Shown in pieces: positions 14,497 through 24,085 of a DNA stretch of 25,360 nucleotides (the stretch's first letter is position 1; each line of letters starts with the position of its first letter). The translations under genes and the position numbers were made by a program. The DNA lies in IMG/VR virus record IMGVR_UViG_3300033485_000076, positions 1-25,360 of that record; one strand, 5' to 3'. The notes beneath the pieces are model-generated. The model ran no database searches. It worked only from the letters and a program-made list of their open reading frames with translations, and was not told the DNA's origin. This DNA comes from a virus (taxonomy: Duplodnaviria; Caudoviricetes).

Positions 14497-16173
14497 TCAG
14501 TCGATGGCCCGCAGGCGAAAATCAGCATTGACGCCAATGCCAGATTCACAAGACTCAAACAGGCTCTGGTTCGGCCCCACGGCGCTCTTTGCGATGTGCA
14601 TTGACTCGACATACCCTGCAGCCTTTGAGACTTGCGTTGATGTTGCACTGATGTTTCCCTTCGAGTCGACGATTTGAAGCTTCGCATAGTAGGTGACTCC
14701 CGGTGTCAGTCCGCCGATCTCGAATCGCGTCTGCCTACCCTGGGCGCGAAGGTTCGTTGGCCCTGGGGTGAACCCGCTTGATGTTGAGACGTAGCACTTT
14801 GCTGTAGCCCAATCCTCAACCGGCGGAGACCATGTTCGCGGGTCATCAAATGATACCACGATCCCGCCGAGAAGTGCATCGGCAGACGCTGTTGGCGCGC
14901 TGTTCTGATAGGTTGGGTTCTGCGGCGCAATTCCTGGTCTGGTCTCGAGAATGAGCCAACGCTTATTGCCGCCGCTCGGCTTGCCTCTCACCCCCAAGGT
15001 CGTCCTGGCAGACTTCCGGTCCACGCTGTGGCGGTACGAGACGACTGCCAAATCCTGGGACGAGTCGTAGTGCACGCCGTTGGCATCGAAGCGGTACAGG
15101 TCGCCAACCTCTGCACGGAAGAAGTACGGCATCGTCACCTGTTTCTCGAGCACAGGATCTTTGAGGTCGGCGAGAACTGCATCGGCGAATACGGTAGCCT
15201 CCGGTGTCGAGTCGATCTGGCAACTCGACGCCACGGTGATCGCCATGGTGCGGAGACCGTACTTGCTTTGCGATGCGATATCCTCTGAATCCACGGTCAC
15301 TGGGTCCAGTATGGTGGGGTCGCGGTAGGTCACCAGTACGCGGTTGCGCACGCCAATACGGCTCACGCTCAGTCGGTCGATATTGAAGTAGTCGTCTCCA
15401 TCGAAGGTGTAGTCAGGCACCACCTTTGCACGGTCTGGTTCCTCGAACACGAGTTCGAATGAAGACGTGTTCGCGTGCCACCGGTACTTGACCACCCAGC
15501 CGATTTGCGCAGCCAGCGTGCGCAGCGCCTCTAGTACGTGTGTCTTCTGTTGGACGTACTGATTGATCACCCACCCCGGGGTGTCGGCAGGGTTGAATGG
15601 CGTGATCGCTGTGCCGTTTGCAGAGTAAAGGTCGACAATTCCGGCGCCAAAGTAGTCGTCGAGGATCTCCTGCATGACATCCTCGACGTCGTCACTTGTA
15701 GCAGGGTCGTGTGGATGCTTGATCTGCGTCTCAATGAAGGCGTCGGCGAGATCTGCCCCGAGGCATCGGCATCGGAGCTCGATGGGGTCCTTGTCCCACG
15801 CGACCTCGTCGATGCTCCCTCGAAACACCTCAACCCAGTCAGCCGCGGACGGCGGTGTGTCGATGGGCATCGTCGCCGTCTCAATTACCACGTCGTGGCC
15901 GGCGTCGAGGATGGTTCCTGCTGCGTTCAACTTGGAGCCATCCATCAGAGTCGCCAGGCTCATCTGCCCAACAGCTCGGCGCAGCAGGATGGTTGCGTCG
16001 ATGACCGGGGCATCTACGTCTGTGCCCCAGTCGGCGCGAATCACCCAGTCGCGACCCTCGAGCGTGGTGAAGTCTACCCAATCCCCGCCCCCACGGTCGA
16101 CCTTGACCCGCAGGTGCGTGGACCGCTCGGCCTTGTCGAGCACCACAAGCTGGTCTGCGGTCGCACTGCGCAT
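14497..16173 (-). CDS. Tail tip/hub (Tal-like) protein with C-terminal fibronectin type III domain
   Basis: Two genes downstream of the tape measure; SQSKYGLR...; IGGLTPGVTYYAKLQIVDSKGN FN3 motif. Start chosen at MRSAT (16173). Confidence 0.72.
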   Translation of the reverse strand: MRSATADQLVVLDKAERSTHLRVKVDRGGGDWVDFTTLEGRDWVIRADWGTDVDAPVIDATILLRRAVGQMSLATLMDGSKLNAAGTILDAGHDVVIETATMPIDTPPSAADWVEVFRGSIDEVAWDKDPIELRCRCLGADLADAFIETQIKHPHDPATSDDVEDVMQEILDDYFGAGIVDLYSANGTAITPFNPADTPGWVINQYVQQKTHVLEALRTLAAQIGWVVKYRWHANTSSFELVFEEPDRAKVVPDYTFDGDDYFNIDRLSVSRIGVRNRVLVTYRDPTILDPVTVDSEDIASQSKYGLRTMAITVASSCQIDSTPEATVFADAVLADLKDPVLEKQVTMPYFFRAEVGDLYRFDANGVHYDSSQDLAVVSYRHSVDRKSARTTLGVRGKPSGGNKRWLILETRPGIAPQNPTYQNSAPTASADALLGGIVVSFDDPRTWSPPVEDWATAKCYVSTSSGFTPGPTNLRAQGRQTRFEIGGLTPGVTYYAKLQIVDSKGNISATSTQVSKAAGYVESMHIAKSAVGPNQSLFESCESGIGVNADFRLRAID

Positions 16174-16177
16174 CGGC

Positions 16178-17689
16178 TCACACCTGCTCGAGCTCGAAAT
16201 CCAAAACGCGGCCAGCAGCAGTCCACACGCCGTTGTCCATGAAGCCCGCATAGGCCCCGCCCTTCACAACACCTTCCACCGTCTCGCTTGGCTGCAACGT
16301 GAACGCCCCCTCGGCATCCAGCCGCGGGAGGCCTGCAAACTCACTCGTGCGCGCATACCAGGCTGCGATCTGGGCGGCGGTCGCACCGTAGGGAAGCACT
16401 TGCAGGCAGTCGATCCAGCCACCGAAGTGGTCGGCCACTCCACGCTGTCCGACTTCGACAAGGTCGGCGAGTGAGGTGTGCATGAGCACCGGCGGGCTAG
16501 CGCCGTTGTCGTAGACACCGTTGATGTAAAGCTCGAGGCCGTGCTCTCCGGTCTTTGGTACGCGTCTACCGATGACAGTGAGCATGGTCATCGCCATCCA
16601 CCCAGGGATGGCAACACTCGACAACGGCGTGTTCACCGTGTCGTGGTAGTGACTGACGTACGCGTTCCCAGCTGTGTGTATGCTGAGTGTCACGATTGAT
16701 GTCGACCACGCCGCAGCCGAGCCAAACGTCACAATCCTCTGCAGCCCACCCGTGATCGGTGCTCTCACCCAGCAGTTGATCGTAAAGTCGCTGTCGTCCT
16801 GCGCAGGCCACGCGTAGTCGAGGTGCTCGGATGACGCGCGTGTCCCGTCTACCCACGCAGTCATGCGATCCTTTTCAAGTTGGAAACCATCGCAGGCGAA
16901 GTACATCCCGCTGTCGACGGTACCCTCGAGCACGTAGATCCCGATGGTTGTGGTGTCGACGCCGCCAATCAATATGTCCGCCGCGCACCGGTACCACGTA
17001 TTTGCGTCTGTCAGTGTGTACGTGCGCGCAGTGCCAAGCGCCGAGGTGTCCTCGTCTTTGAGTTGGATAGTGACCGAGAGCCCTGCCGTGACGCACTTCA
17101 CATAGACAGAGCCGAAGAACCGATGACCGGCGTTGCCGGCTGCCGGGTAGCCAAGTGTCTTCAGTCCGCCGAAGACGCTGTTGACTGCCGCACTTGTCGT
17201 GCACGTAACCGACTTTGTGCCATGCCACTTGTGCGTGGTCGACCCTGCGATTGCGGCGCCGTCTACTGCCCAATACCCTGTGGGGGCGTTTTCGGCGTCT
17301 CTCGAATCGGCGTCTAGGATGTTCTCGCTCGCGGCGCTCACAGTCACAGAGCCGGTGAACTTCCCGTCGATAACAGGGCTAGCGTCTGCGGCAGTGCACG
17401 AAAGCAGAGTAGCTGTCGCCGCGCCAGTCGATGCTGGAAGGCCTTTGCTTGAGTACAGGTCGGTATCGAACGGCCAGTATTGCCCCTCGCCGCGGATGAC
17501 GCGCCGGATCCGGTCGGCATCCACGGCGTTGACTGGGGCAGTTCTGAACTTCCACGTCTCCTTCGTCGCCCGCCTGTCGGTGAGCAGCGCTCCGCTGAAC
17601 GCACGCTCCCGGCTGCCGATGTCATCTGGAGCGCCATCGCCGCCTTTGGCGACCGGGATTGTCAGACCGTGGAGCGTCAGGAACGACAC
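16178..17689 (-). CDS. Distal-tail-like protein with inserted CBM and LamG/ConA-like domains
   Basis: Immediately after the tape measure; DGFQLEK, FTINCWV, LYINGV and FGGWIDCLQV motifs; ends LDFELEQV. Confidence 0.7.
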   Translation of the reverse strand: MSFLTLHGLTIPVAKGGDGAPDDIGSRERAFSGALLTDRRATKETWKFRTAPVNAVDADRIRRVIRGEGQYWPFDTDLYSSKGLPASTGAATATLLSCTAADASPVIDGKFTGSVTVSAASENILDADSRDAENAPTGYWAVDGAAIAGSTTHKWHGTKSVTCTTSAAVNSVFGGLKTLGYPAAGNAGHRFFGSVYVKCVTAGLSVTIQLKDEDTSALGTARTYTLTDANTWYRCAADILIGGVDTTTIGIYVLEGTVDSGMYFACDGFQLEKDRMTAWVDGTRASSEHLDYAWPAQDDSDFTINCWVRAPITGGLQRIVTFGSAAAWSTSIVTLSIHTAGNAYVSHYHDTVNTPLSSVAIPGWMAMTMLTVIGRRVPKTGEHGLELYINGVYDNGASPPVLMHTSLADLVEVGQRGVADHFGGWIDCLQVLPYGATAAQIAAWYARTSEFAGLPRLDAEGAFTLQPSETVEGVVKGGAYAGFMDNGVWTAAGRVLDFELEQV

Positions 17690-17692
17690 GCG

Positions 17693-20257
17693 TCAACCTC
17701 CAACGTAGGATGGTGCAGTGGGCAGCGGAGTGCCAGCATTCACGACCTGCGACCATCTGGCCTCGGCTTCGATCTGTCTCCGCATCTCGTCTGGATCGCT
17801 CGCTTGCACGGTGCCGATGTTCGCGACATAGGTCAGCGATGACTGTCGCGACGATGCCGCCCCGAGCACACCGGCAGTAGCCAGCGGTGCCGGCTCGCCG
17901 ATGATCGACTGGAACTTCCGCAGCGCGATCTTGTAGCCATCGGGAACGTTCGAGAGCTGCTCGCTAACGTCGAGCAGCTTGTCGCCGAAGTCGTCGAGAG
18001 CATCACCTGCACCACTGGCAGGGTCTTCTATTTCCTTTCCTGCCTCCATGGCTCCAGATACGGTAAGGTCATGGAGATCGCCGATCATGCGGTCGATGCC
18101 GTTCAGGTTGAACTTGGCACGATCGAACAACCTTTTGATGTCGTCACCTGCTCCAGGGATCCAGTCGAGAGTGGCCGAAAGAACACTCATCAACCCATTC
18201 CATGCAGACCCGAGACCACGGATGATGTTTAGTATGATGATCGCGAGCCACTTGATGAGTGAGAACAGATTCCTGAATACCACTCCGAGCGCCTCAAAAA
18301 CAGGCACGAGCATCTTGCCGACGTGCACGAGAAGAGTGTTGAGCATCACCGCGAGTGGCTTGATTGCCTTTGCAAGTGCAGCGAAGGCTTCGCCTAGGCT
18401 TGCAAGCATTCGACCCGCATCGCGCTGCGCTTCCTGGAATGCTGGAGCCTTCGAAATGAACTGCTGAGCCACGGCACCAATCGCACCGAAGATGCCGCCC
18501 TGCCTGAACCCTTGAATTGCGTTCGAGATGACACCACCAGCCTCGCCCATGTTGCTGAGCATCATCTGAGCAAGGTTTCCTGCCGACTCACCGATGGCTC
18601 CAGCGATCCTTTGTGCTGGACCCCTGAAAGCCTCGCGCGCATCCTCAATCGACTTCTGCTCGCCTGTCTGCAGCGCAGACTTCATTTCGGTCGAACCAGT
18701 CCGTGACCCCGCGTCGAGCATCGAGCTCACTTGCCCGAACTCGGCGCCTGGTGTGCGCTTGATGTTCAGCATCGCCTTGCCGAGCTCACCGATTCCAGCC
18801 TTGAATTCTGCAAACGACGGAGTTGTGTCGTTCACATCATCGGACAGGTCGCCAAGCGCTTTCTTGAACTTCTCTTCTGCTGTGCCCAATTCTGCAAAGT
18901 CGAAGCCGTTGACCTGTGTCTCGAGATCCTCGAGCCCATGGCTGAATCCATCCATCGCCCCCTGTGATGAAAAGTCCAGAGTGTCTCCGAGCTTGCCCAT
19001 GCCGCTGGTGGTGCGGCTCACTGCCGCATCGACGCTGGCAAGATCCTTGTCGAGTTGCTCGGCGTTCGGGGTTAGCCCGTCGAGCTTTGACGAAAGGGCT
19101 CCCATGGCCACGGAGATCGGAGCCATCATCGTCTCGAAGCCGAGCGCCATGGTGCGCGCAGCACCCTTCATCATGCCCTCGGCGAATCCTGTCTCCGGCC
19201 CGATGCCAGCCTTCTGTGCCTCTGCCGCGCGCTCCTCGTCGCTCATCATCGCGATGCGGGCGAACCCCGTGGCAGCCGCAATCGCACCTGCTGCGGCTGC
19301 ACCCATTGCGATGAGCTTGAACATCGCAGCGTGCAGGCCCCACACAGACTTCGTTGCTGTCGAGATCATCAGCCCGAACGTCTTGAACCCGGCCTGCAGG
19401 GTGCTCGATCCAATGGCCATGGCCACGCCGAGCAGAGCTGTGGATAGGCCGGCGACCGCCGTGGCACCGAGCGCCCCGTACCCGATGATCGACTTGAGCG
19501 TGCCAGGCATCGACTGCAGTGCCGCGATGGCCACGTTGGCTGCCGTCTTGATGGCGTTGAAGAATGATCCAAGCGGCGAGTCGACAAGCTTTCCGATTTC
19601 CTCCATGACGTCGCCGAGCGCGTTCGACATCTGCTTGAACGCTCCGACGGCTGTTGTCGCCATGGCTCTAGCGGCCGGGCCTGTGTTCTTGTCGAGGATG
19701 CCGAGCATCATGGCTAGGCGCTGAGTCTGGTTGCCCGCGTTGTAGGCCTCCTTCTCCGCGTCGCTCAGCGTGATGCCGTATCTCGACAATGCACCCGCGC
19801 TTCCGGTGAGCGCCTTCCCGACCTGCACCGCCGCACTCGTCAGGTCCATCTCGTACATGCTCGCCAGGTTCTGCACGCGCGGCAGCAAGGCGAGGATCTG
19901 GTTCTCGGTGAGCTGGAACGTCGCCAGCATCGCCGCTGCTTCGACAGTGGTGTCGTCCCCGTAGGTGGTCACCTGCTGCAGCGCCACGGCGTACTGCTTG
20001 ATGCGCTCCACATCGATTGCCTGTCCGGATCCGCGGATGGCCGCCTCGAGCTTGCGCTCTGCAGCCTCCGCCTCGCCCGCAGCCTCCACTGCCTTCCAGA
20101 TCCCCACTGACAGCCCCGCGAACGCGGCTGTGCTGATCGCCGCCATCCCCTGGATCCCCTTCTCGAACCGGTCCAGGGTCTTCTCGGCCTCCTTCATCTT
20201 CGCCACGAAATCAGCCGTCGCAGCCGTCAGCTTGACCTTGAGCTCGCCCAAGTCCAT
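17693..20257 (-). CDS. Tail tape measure protein (854 aa)
   Basis: MDLGELKVKLTAAT start; Ala/Gly-rich helical sequence; follows the tail chaperones. Confidence 0.9.
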   Translation of the reverse strand: MDLGELKVKLTAATADFVAKMKEAEKTLDRFEKGIQGMAAISTAAFAGLSVGIWKAVEAAGEAEAAERKLEAAIRGSGQAIDVERIKQYAVALQQVTTYGDDTTVEAAAMLATFQLTENQILALLPRVQNLASMYEMDLTSAAVQVGKALTGSAGALSRYGITLSDAEKEAYNAGNQTQRLAMMLGILDKNTGPAARAMATTAVGAFKQMSNALGDVMEEIGKLVDSPLGSFFNAIKTAANVAIAALQSMPGTLKSIIGYGALGATAVAGLSTALLGVAMAIGSSTLQAGFKTFGLMISTATKSVWGLHAAMFKLIAMGAAAAGAIAAATGFARIAMMSDEERAAEAQKAGIGPETGFAEGMMKGAARTMALGFETMMAPISVAMGALSSKLDGLTPNAEQLDKDLASVDAAVSRTTSGMGKLGDTLDFSSQGAMDGFSHGLEDLETQVNGFDFAELGTAEEKFKKALGDLSDDVNDTTPSFAEFKAGIGELGKAMLNIKRTPGAEFGQVSSMLDAGSRTGSTEMKSALQTGEQKSIEDAREAFRGPAQRIAGAIGESAGNLAQMMLSNMGEAGGVISNAIQGFRQGGIFGAIGAVAQQFISKAPAFQEAQRDAGRMLASLGEAFAALAKAIKPLAVMLNTLLVHVGKMLVPVFEALGVVFRNLFSLIKWLAIIILNIIRGLGSAWNGLMSVLSATLDWIPGAGDDIKRLFDRAKFNLNGIDRMIGDLHDLTVSGAMEAGKEIEDPASGAGDALDDFGDKLLDVSEQLSNVPDGYKIALRKFQSIIGEPAPLATAGVLGAASSRQSSLTYVANIGTVQASDPDEMRRQIEAEARWSQVVNAGTPLPTAPSYVGG

Positions 20258-20260
20258 GGC

Positions 20261-20512
20261 CTACAGCCCTTCCTTTGCAGCCCGCCGATCTTCGATTGCC
20301 TCCTGGTACTCTTCAACGCTGGAGAAATCGTCGAGACTGAGTTCGTCCGAATCAGGCCCGAGCAACTCATCGACTGTGATACGCCGCGTCGAGTGGCAGC
20401 TGAGCAGCGGCGCCAACATGGAAGCCATCATCCGCCGCCGTTCCTCTGTCCGCGCCTTGACCACCTCAATCACCTCATACGGAGTCGACTGCCAGAACTC
20501 CGCTGGCGACAT
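20261..20512 (-). CDS. Tail assembly chaperone, frameshifted (GT-like) portion
   Basis: GMSPAEFWQSTPYE motif; the -1 frame is open back to the slippery site at 20584-20590. Confidence 0.75.
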   Translation of the reverse strand: MSPAEFWQSTPYEVIEVVKARTEERRRMMASMLAPLLSCHSTRRITVDELLGPDSDELSLDDFSSVEEYQEAIEDRRAAKEGL

Positions 20513-20514
20513 CC

Positions 20515-20955
20515 CTACAGCGAAGGCTCTGGAACGGAGCTGCCCGAGGTATTCGAGTTCGCTTCGCGTGTCGTCACGACACCCAAAGGGTCGACCTCGT
20601 CCGCCTCCTGTGGCTTCTCTTGATCACTTGGGTCGACACCGTAGGCGAGCAGAATCCCGTGCAAGCAGGCGTCGACGTATCCGGTCATCTCTGCCGGCTT
20701 CATTGCCCGCCCCACAGCATCAACGCTTGCTGGACTCGCACCACCCTCGCGGAGCCCGGCGTACAGGCACGCACGGACGACAAGATGCAGCGATCCGTCA
20801 ATCGGGCTCTCCACCGCCTCCTTGAGCGCCTTGTACGCCGAGATCTTCCCGCCGAGCTCATGGCAGATGACGGCGAGCGTGTTCGTGTTGAACCTCAGCA
20901 GCCGTGTCTTGCCGCTGAGCTTGACTTCGATTTCACCTCGTCCGTTGTTCGTCAC
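20515..20955 (-). CDS. Tail assembly chaperone (G-like)
   Basis: RGEIEVKLSGKTRLLRFNTNTLA pattern; lies between the tail tube and tape measure genes. Confidence 0.8.
   Translation of the reverse strand: MTNNGRGEIEVKLSGKTRLLRFNTNTLAVICHELGGKISAYKALKEAVESPIDGSLHLVVRACLYAGLREGGASPASVDAVGRAMKPAEMTGYVDACLHGILLAYGVDPSDQEKPQEADEVDPLGVVTTREANSNTSGSSVPEPSL
20584..20590 (-). other. Programmed -1 frameshift slippery heptamer C CCT TTG
   Basis: X XXY YYZ in the correct phase (GAC CCT TTG); the -1 frame reads ...PFGCRDDTRSELEYLGQLRSRAFAVGMSPAEFW without a stop. Confidence 0.75.
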
Positions 20956-20963
20956 GACTCACC

Positions 20964-21383
20964 TCACGGCTGGGTGGCGTAGGTCACTGCCCCGGTCGAC
21001 CGGACCGAGCAGCTGAACTCCTCGACGTCTCCGGTTGCGGTGTTGACCTTGTAGTTGGAGATGTTGGACAGGAAGACGACCTGCTTTTCCACGCCCGACG
21101 AGACCTGCGGACGGAAGCGCAGGTAGACCTGCGTCTTGGCGAACGCCGCCGCCATCAAGATGACCTGTCCGGCGTTCGCTGAGTCGTACTTCCCACTGAC
21201 CTCGAGCGACACCTGGCTGTCGGCCGCCTTCTCTTCCTTCCAGCCGGCGCTGTCGTTTGTGGTCGCGTCGGCGAGGTCGTGTGATGTGTCGAGCCCGATG
21301 GTTTTCACTTCGCCGATATCGGTGTACGTCACGCCGTCAGTCGAGATGGCAGCGCGCGCAAGCCGTCCGATGATCTTTCCCAT
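20964..21383 (-). CDS. Major tail tube protein
   Basis: DATTNDSAGWKE...VSLEVSGKYD...GDVEEFSCSVRSTGAVT, a TP901-1/lambda-V-like pattern; synteny. Confidence 0.85.
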   Translation of the reverse strand: MGKIIGRLARAAISTDGVTYTDIGEVKTIGLDTSHDLADATTNDSAGWKEEKAADSQVSLEVSGKYDSANAGQVILMAAAFAKTQVYLRFRPQVSSGVEKQVVFLSNISNYKVNTATGDVEEFSCSVRSTGAVTYATQP

Positions 21384-21439
21384 GCTGTCTTCTCCGGTTC
21401 ATGCGCCCCGCGGGGCGCGTTGTTTCCTCGGCTGTGCTG

Positions 21440-21811
21440 CTACGCCCCGGGGCTCCGCTGGAATCGCACGGCAGCCACGGTCAGCTTTGCGTGCACGTCT
21501 CCGTAGGTGACAGGCACGCGGCCGTTCGCGTCGTTGAATGCCGACGGCTCGAACGGGCCGTAGATGGCGAATCCGTCGTTGGTGGCATTGTTCGCGTCGA
21601 CCGTCACTGCCTTCGCCGGCGCCGTCCCGAACGTGCGCGCACCCGCGATTCCTGTGGCCGTCACCACGTGGGTCGCCGCGTCGCCGTTCCACACAAGCAG
21701 GAACGTGTTTCCGTCGTTCGGGAACGAATCGCCTCCGGCTGCTGCAACCGTCTTCGTGGGCTCGAGACCGGCTCCGTACGCCGGGATGTCTTGGACCGTC
21801 AGAACTGCCAT
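21440..21811 (-). CDS. Putative virion structural protein
   Basis: GAGGAG SD; GDSFPNDG...YGPFEPSAFND; lies between the tail terminator and tail tube genes. Confidence 0.65.
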   Translation of the reverse strand: MAVLTVQDIPAYGAGLEPTKTVAAAGGDSFPNDGNTFLLVWNGDAATHVVTATGIAGARTFGTAPAKAVTVDANNATNDGFAIYGPFEPSAFNDANGRVPVTYGDVHAKLTVAAVRFQRSPGA

Positions 21812-21859
21812 GGACCTTCTCCTCTGCGCCGCGCGGGCGCTCTGCGCCTCACTGGCGCG

Positions 21860-22279
21860 TCATTGATCGTGCCAAAGCTCAAGGTTGATCGACCACTCGT
21901 GGTGGCCAGATTCGTCGACTCCGATGTAAACGGGCTCCGTCTGCATTGCCCTCACGTCGTGGTATCCAGATATTGTTGCGTGGTGCAGCGCGTCTCTTGT
22001 AGCGCGCGCCTTCGTGAGTCCGTCTACATAGACGGATGAAGTCGTCCCTGCGTTTGACCGAGTGCGCACCTGCACCGCCGAGTAGCGCAACTCCGGCGTC
22101 GATCCCGAGAACGCTTCTGGAGCTGGCCCGGCGCTCGCCAGGACGAAGCACGCAGCGTGTGGGATCTCAGTGCTCGGCGGGCGCACTGGTCCTCTGAACA
22201 GGTTGCGGCCGGCCCCGGTCGTCCATCCGCTCACGCCGTTGAGCTTGGTGACCACGTCGCTGTCTGGTGACGTCGCCAT
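21860..22279 (-). CDS. Tail terminator / minor structural protein
   Basis: VQVRTR...A...RDALH...PVYIGVDESGHHEWSINL pattern; synteny. Confidence 0.75.
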   Translation of the reverse strand: MATSPDSDVVTKLNGVSGWTTGAGRNLFRGPVRPPSTEIPHAACFVLASAGPAPEAFSGSTPELRYSAVQVRTRSNAGTTSSVYVDGLTKARATRDALHHATISGYHDVRAMQTEPVYIGVDESGHHEWSINLELWHDQ

Positions 22280-22282
22280 GAA

Positions 22283-22711
22283 TCAGCCAGCCTTCTTTGA
22301 GTGAGTAGGTGCCGTCTTCGGAATCGTGCTCACACCGATACCGCGCTCGAAGTTCTCGTGGGCGCGAGCAGCCACGCGCTCGACGTATCCACTGCGGGCG
22401 GAGTTGATCGGGTCCTCGAGGAACTTCGCCTTGCCGCTCGTGTGTTTGAGCTCTGGCCGCTCATGCACGTAGACGCCGTAGTTGGTGCCGTAGCCGAGCG
22501 TGCACACGGGGTCGTCCTTGTCCCCCGTCGGCGGCGAGACGTAGTGGGTCGAACGCAGGCGCCCGGTGTCCACCGGGACCTGCTTGACGGACTCGGCCAT
22601 GATGGCTAGGCCCTCTTGGTAGAGCGCTGCTGCAACGGCCCCACGCGACCTCCTGCCGGCCAGGTCGAGGTTCTGGAGGATCTTCTGCACACCTTCAATG
22701 GCGACGCTCAT
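22283..22711 (-). CDS. HK97 gp10-like tail-completion (neck) protein
   Basis: VPVDTGRLRS, YGVYVHE, KAKFLEDP. Confidence 0.85.
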   Translation of the reverse strand: MSVAIEGVQKILQNLDLAGRRSRGAVAAALYQEGLAIMAESVKQVPVDTGRLRSTHYVSPPTGDKDDPVCTLGYGTNYGVYVHERPELKHTSGKAKFLEDPINSARSGYVERVAARAHENFERGIGVSTIPKTAPTHSKKAG

Positions 22712-23106
22712 AGGTCACCAGCAGAACCTGATGGTTCATTGAACTGCGGCGTTCGCTCAAATCTGACCAGCTCTCCGAGCACCAATGGCTTTCCGCACCT
22801 AGGACACTCATGACCGATGCGAAGACCCTCATTGCATCCATGGCACCCATCGACACAGACGACGTCGTAGACAGCGCAGATTGGACCCCAGCCATTCTCA
22901 TCGACACCTGCGATGCCGTTGATGAGGCCAAGCACGCTGACGTCGTAGCTGGCGCCTACGCAGCCGACCTGCACGGTGGGGTCAGTTGCCAGAGCATCGT
23001 TGCACGGAACACGATGCGCGAAGAGAGCACGAACTGCTGCTGCATCCTTCTCGAGAGATCGGTTGAGCACTTCAACGATATGCTCGATAGTGATTGCGAC
23101 GCTCAT
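22708..23106 (-). CDS. Hypothetical protein with C-terminal Cys cluster, inserted in the head-tail module
   Basis: ATGA overlap with the downstream gene and 4-nt overlap with the upstream stop; RVPCNDALATDPTVQV, CHGC...CPRCG. Confidence 0.65.
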   Translation of the reverse strand: MSVAITIEHIVEVLNRSLEKDAAAVRALFAHRVPCNDALATDPTVQVGCVGASYDVSVLGLINGIAGVDENGWGPICAVYDVVCVDGCHGCNEGLRIGHECPRCGKPLVLGELVRFERTPQFNEPSGSAGDL

Positions 23107-23423
23107 AGATAGACCTCATAGAGCGTGCTTGCCCCATCCAAGGTGGCAGCTTTCTTCACCAGGATCGGCCTGCGCGCGGCGTTCGCGTCACCCGTGCTAT
23201 CGCCAGGGAGCCAAACCACATCGCTGTTCTTGACCTCCGAGTACGTCGCGAATGCGTGCTCGGCATTGGTGCGCTCACCATCCGGGCCAGTGATCAACTG
23301 CGTCCCGTGCTCCACGCGAGCCTTGATCGTCGACGTCGAACCGAACACAGGGTCTCCACCTTCACCGACGCTTGTGCGGTGTGCGATGGTGACCGTGTCA
23401 ATCATGAGTCGCGAGAGGTCCAT
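23103..23423 (-). CDS. Head closure (stopper) protein
   Basis: TVTIAHRTSVGEGGDPVF...IKARVE pattern; ATG overlaps the upstream TGA. Confidence 0.75.
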   Translation of the reverse strand: MDLSRLMIDTVTIAHRTSVGEGGDPVFGSTSTIKARVEHGTQLITGPDGERTNAEHAFATYSEVKNSDVVWLPGDSTGDANAARRPILVKKAATLDGASTLYEVYL

Positions 23424-24064
23424 CAGACGATCCGCCTGTAGCTGTCGACAATCGCCGCCGAGAGCGCCGGCCATGCCGACTGGGCGCCAAGCGCGTACGA
23501 CACCGAGCCGGACAGAAGGCTCTCGGACACCACCGAGGGGTCTCGCCCAAGCCCTCGGTACAGCTGAGTCACCAGCAGGCGGCACGCCAGCTCGAGGTCA
23601 TCCGGCAGCGTGCGCGTCCCAACGTCGTTCGGCAGGACCCATCCCCCGTAGTAGGTGACCGAGTACAGCTTGCGCTCTGTACCAGGCAGCCCGTCACACG
23701 TGATGTTTCCTGCACCTCCTGCTGTCCACTCCCAGTTGCCGTAGATCGAACGGATGAGTCCGGCCTTGCCGTCGCCATCAACCTCGTAGTCGGCAGTGTC
23801 GACGGTGTCCCCGTCGTATGTGATGGCCACGGCCTTGCTCTTGTCGATTGGGTACCGCGCCACGCTGAGCAGCTCCGTGCCGTGCCCGGCGATCTTCTCG
23901 GCGGTCACCTGCTCGTAGTGGAATTGGCGTCCGGCGCGCGACTCGATGAGAGTCGAGGCCGCGTTGACAAGTCCCTCAAGGATAGTGTCGTAGGTGGACA
24001 CGCTGATCCCGAGGTCACTCTTGACGGTCGCGACAGTCGTGAGCGCATTGGTAGCAATCGTCAT
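23423..24064 (-). CDS. Head-tail connector/adaptor (gp6/gp15-like)
   Basis: LTTVATVKSDLGI...LVNAASTLIE...VTYYGGW...LPDDLELAC...IVDSYRR. Confidence 0.85.
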   Translation of the reverse strand: MTIATNALTTVATVKSDLGISVSTYDTILEGLVNAASTLIESRAGRQFHYEQVTAEKIAGHGTELLSVARYPIDKSKAVAITYDGDTVDTADYEVDGDGKAGLIRSIYGNWEWTAGGAGNITCDGLPGTERKLYSVTYYGGWVLPNDVGTRTLPDDLELACRLLVTQLYRGLGRDPSVVSESLLSGSVSYALGAQSAWPALSAAIVDSYRRIV

Positions 24065-24085
24065 CTGCGGCCAGCCCTCCGGCGG

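Noticed and set aside
11285-20825. Long + strand ORFs (e.g. 11285-12277, 18594-19724, 19965-20825)
   Set aside because: Antisense shadows of GC-rich structural genes; no motifs or SDs.
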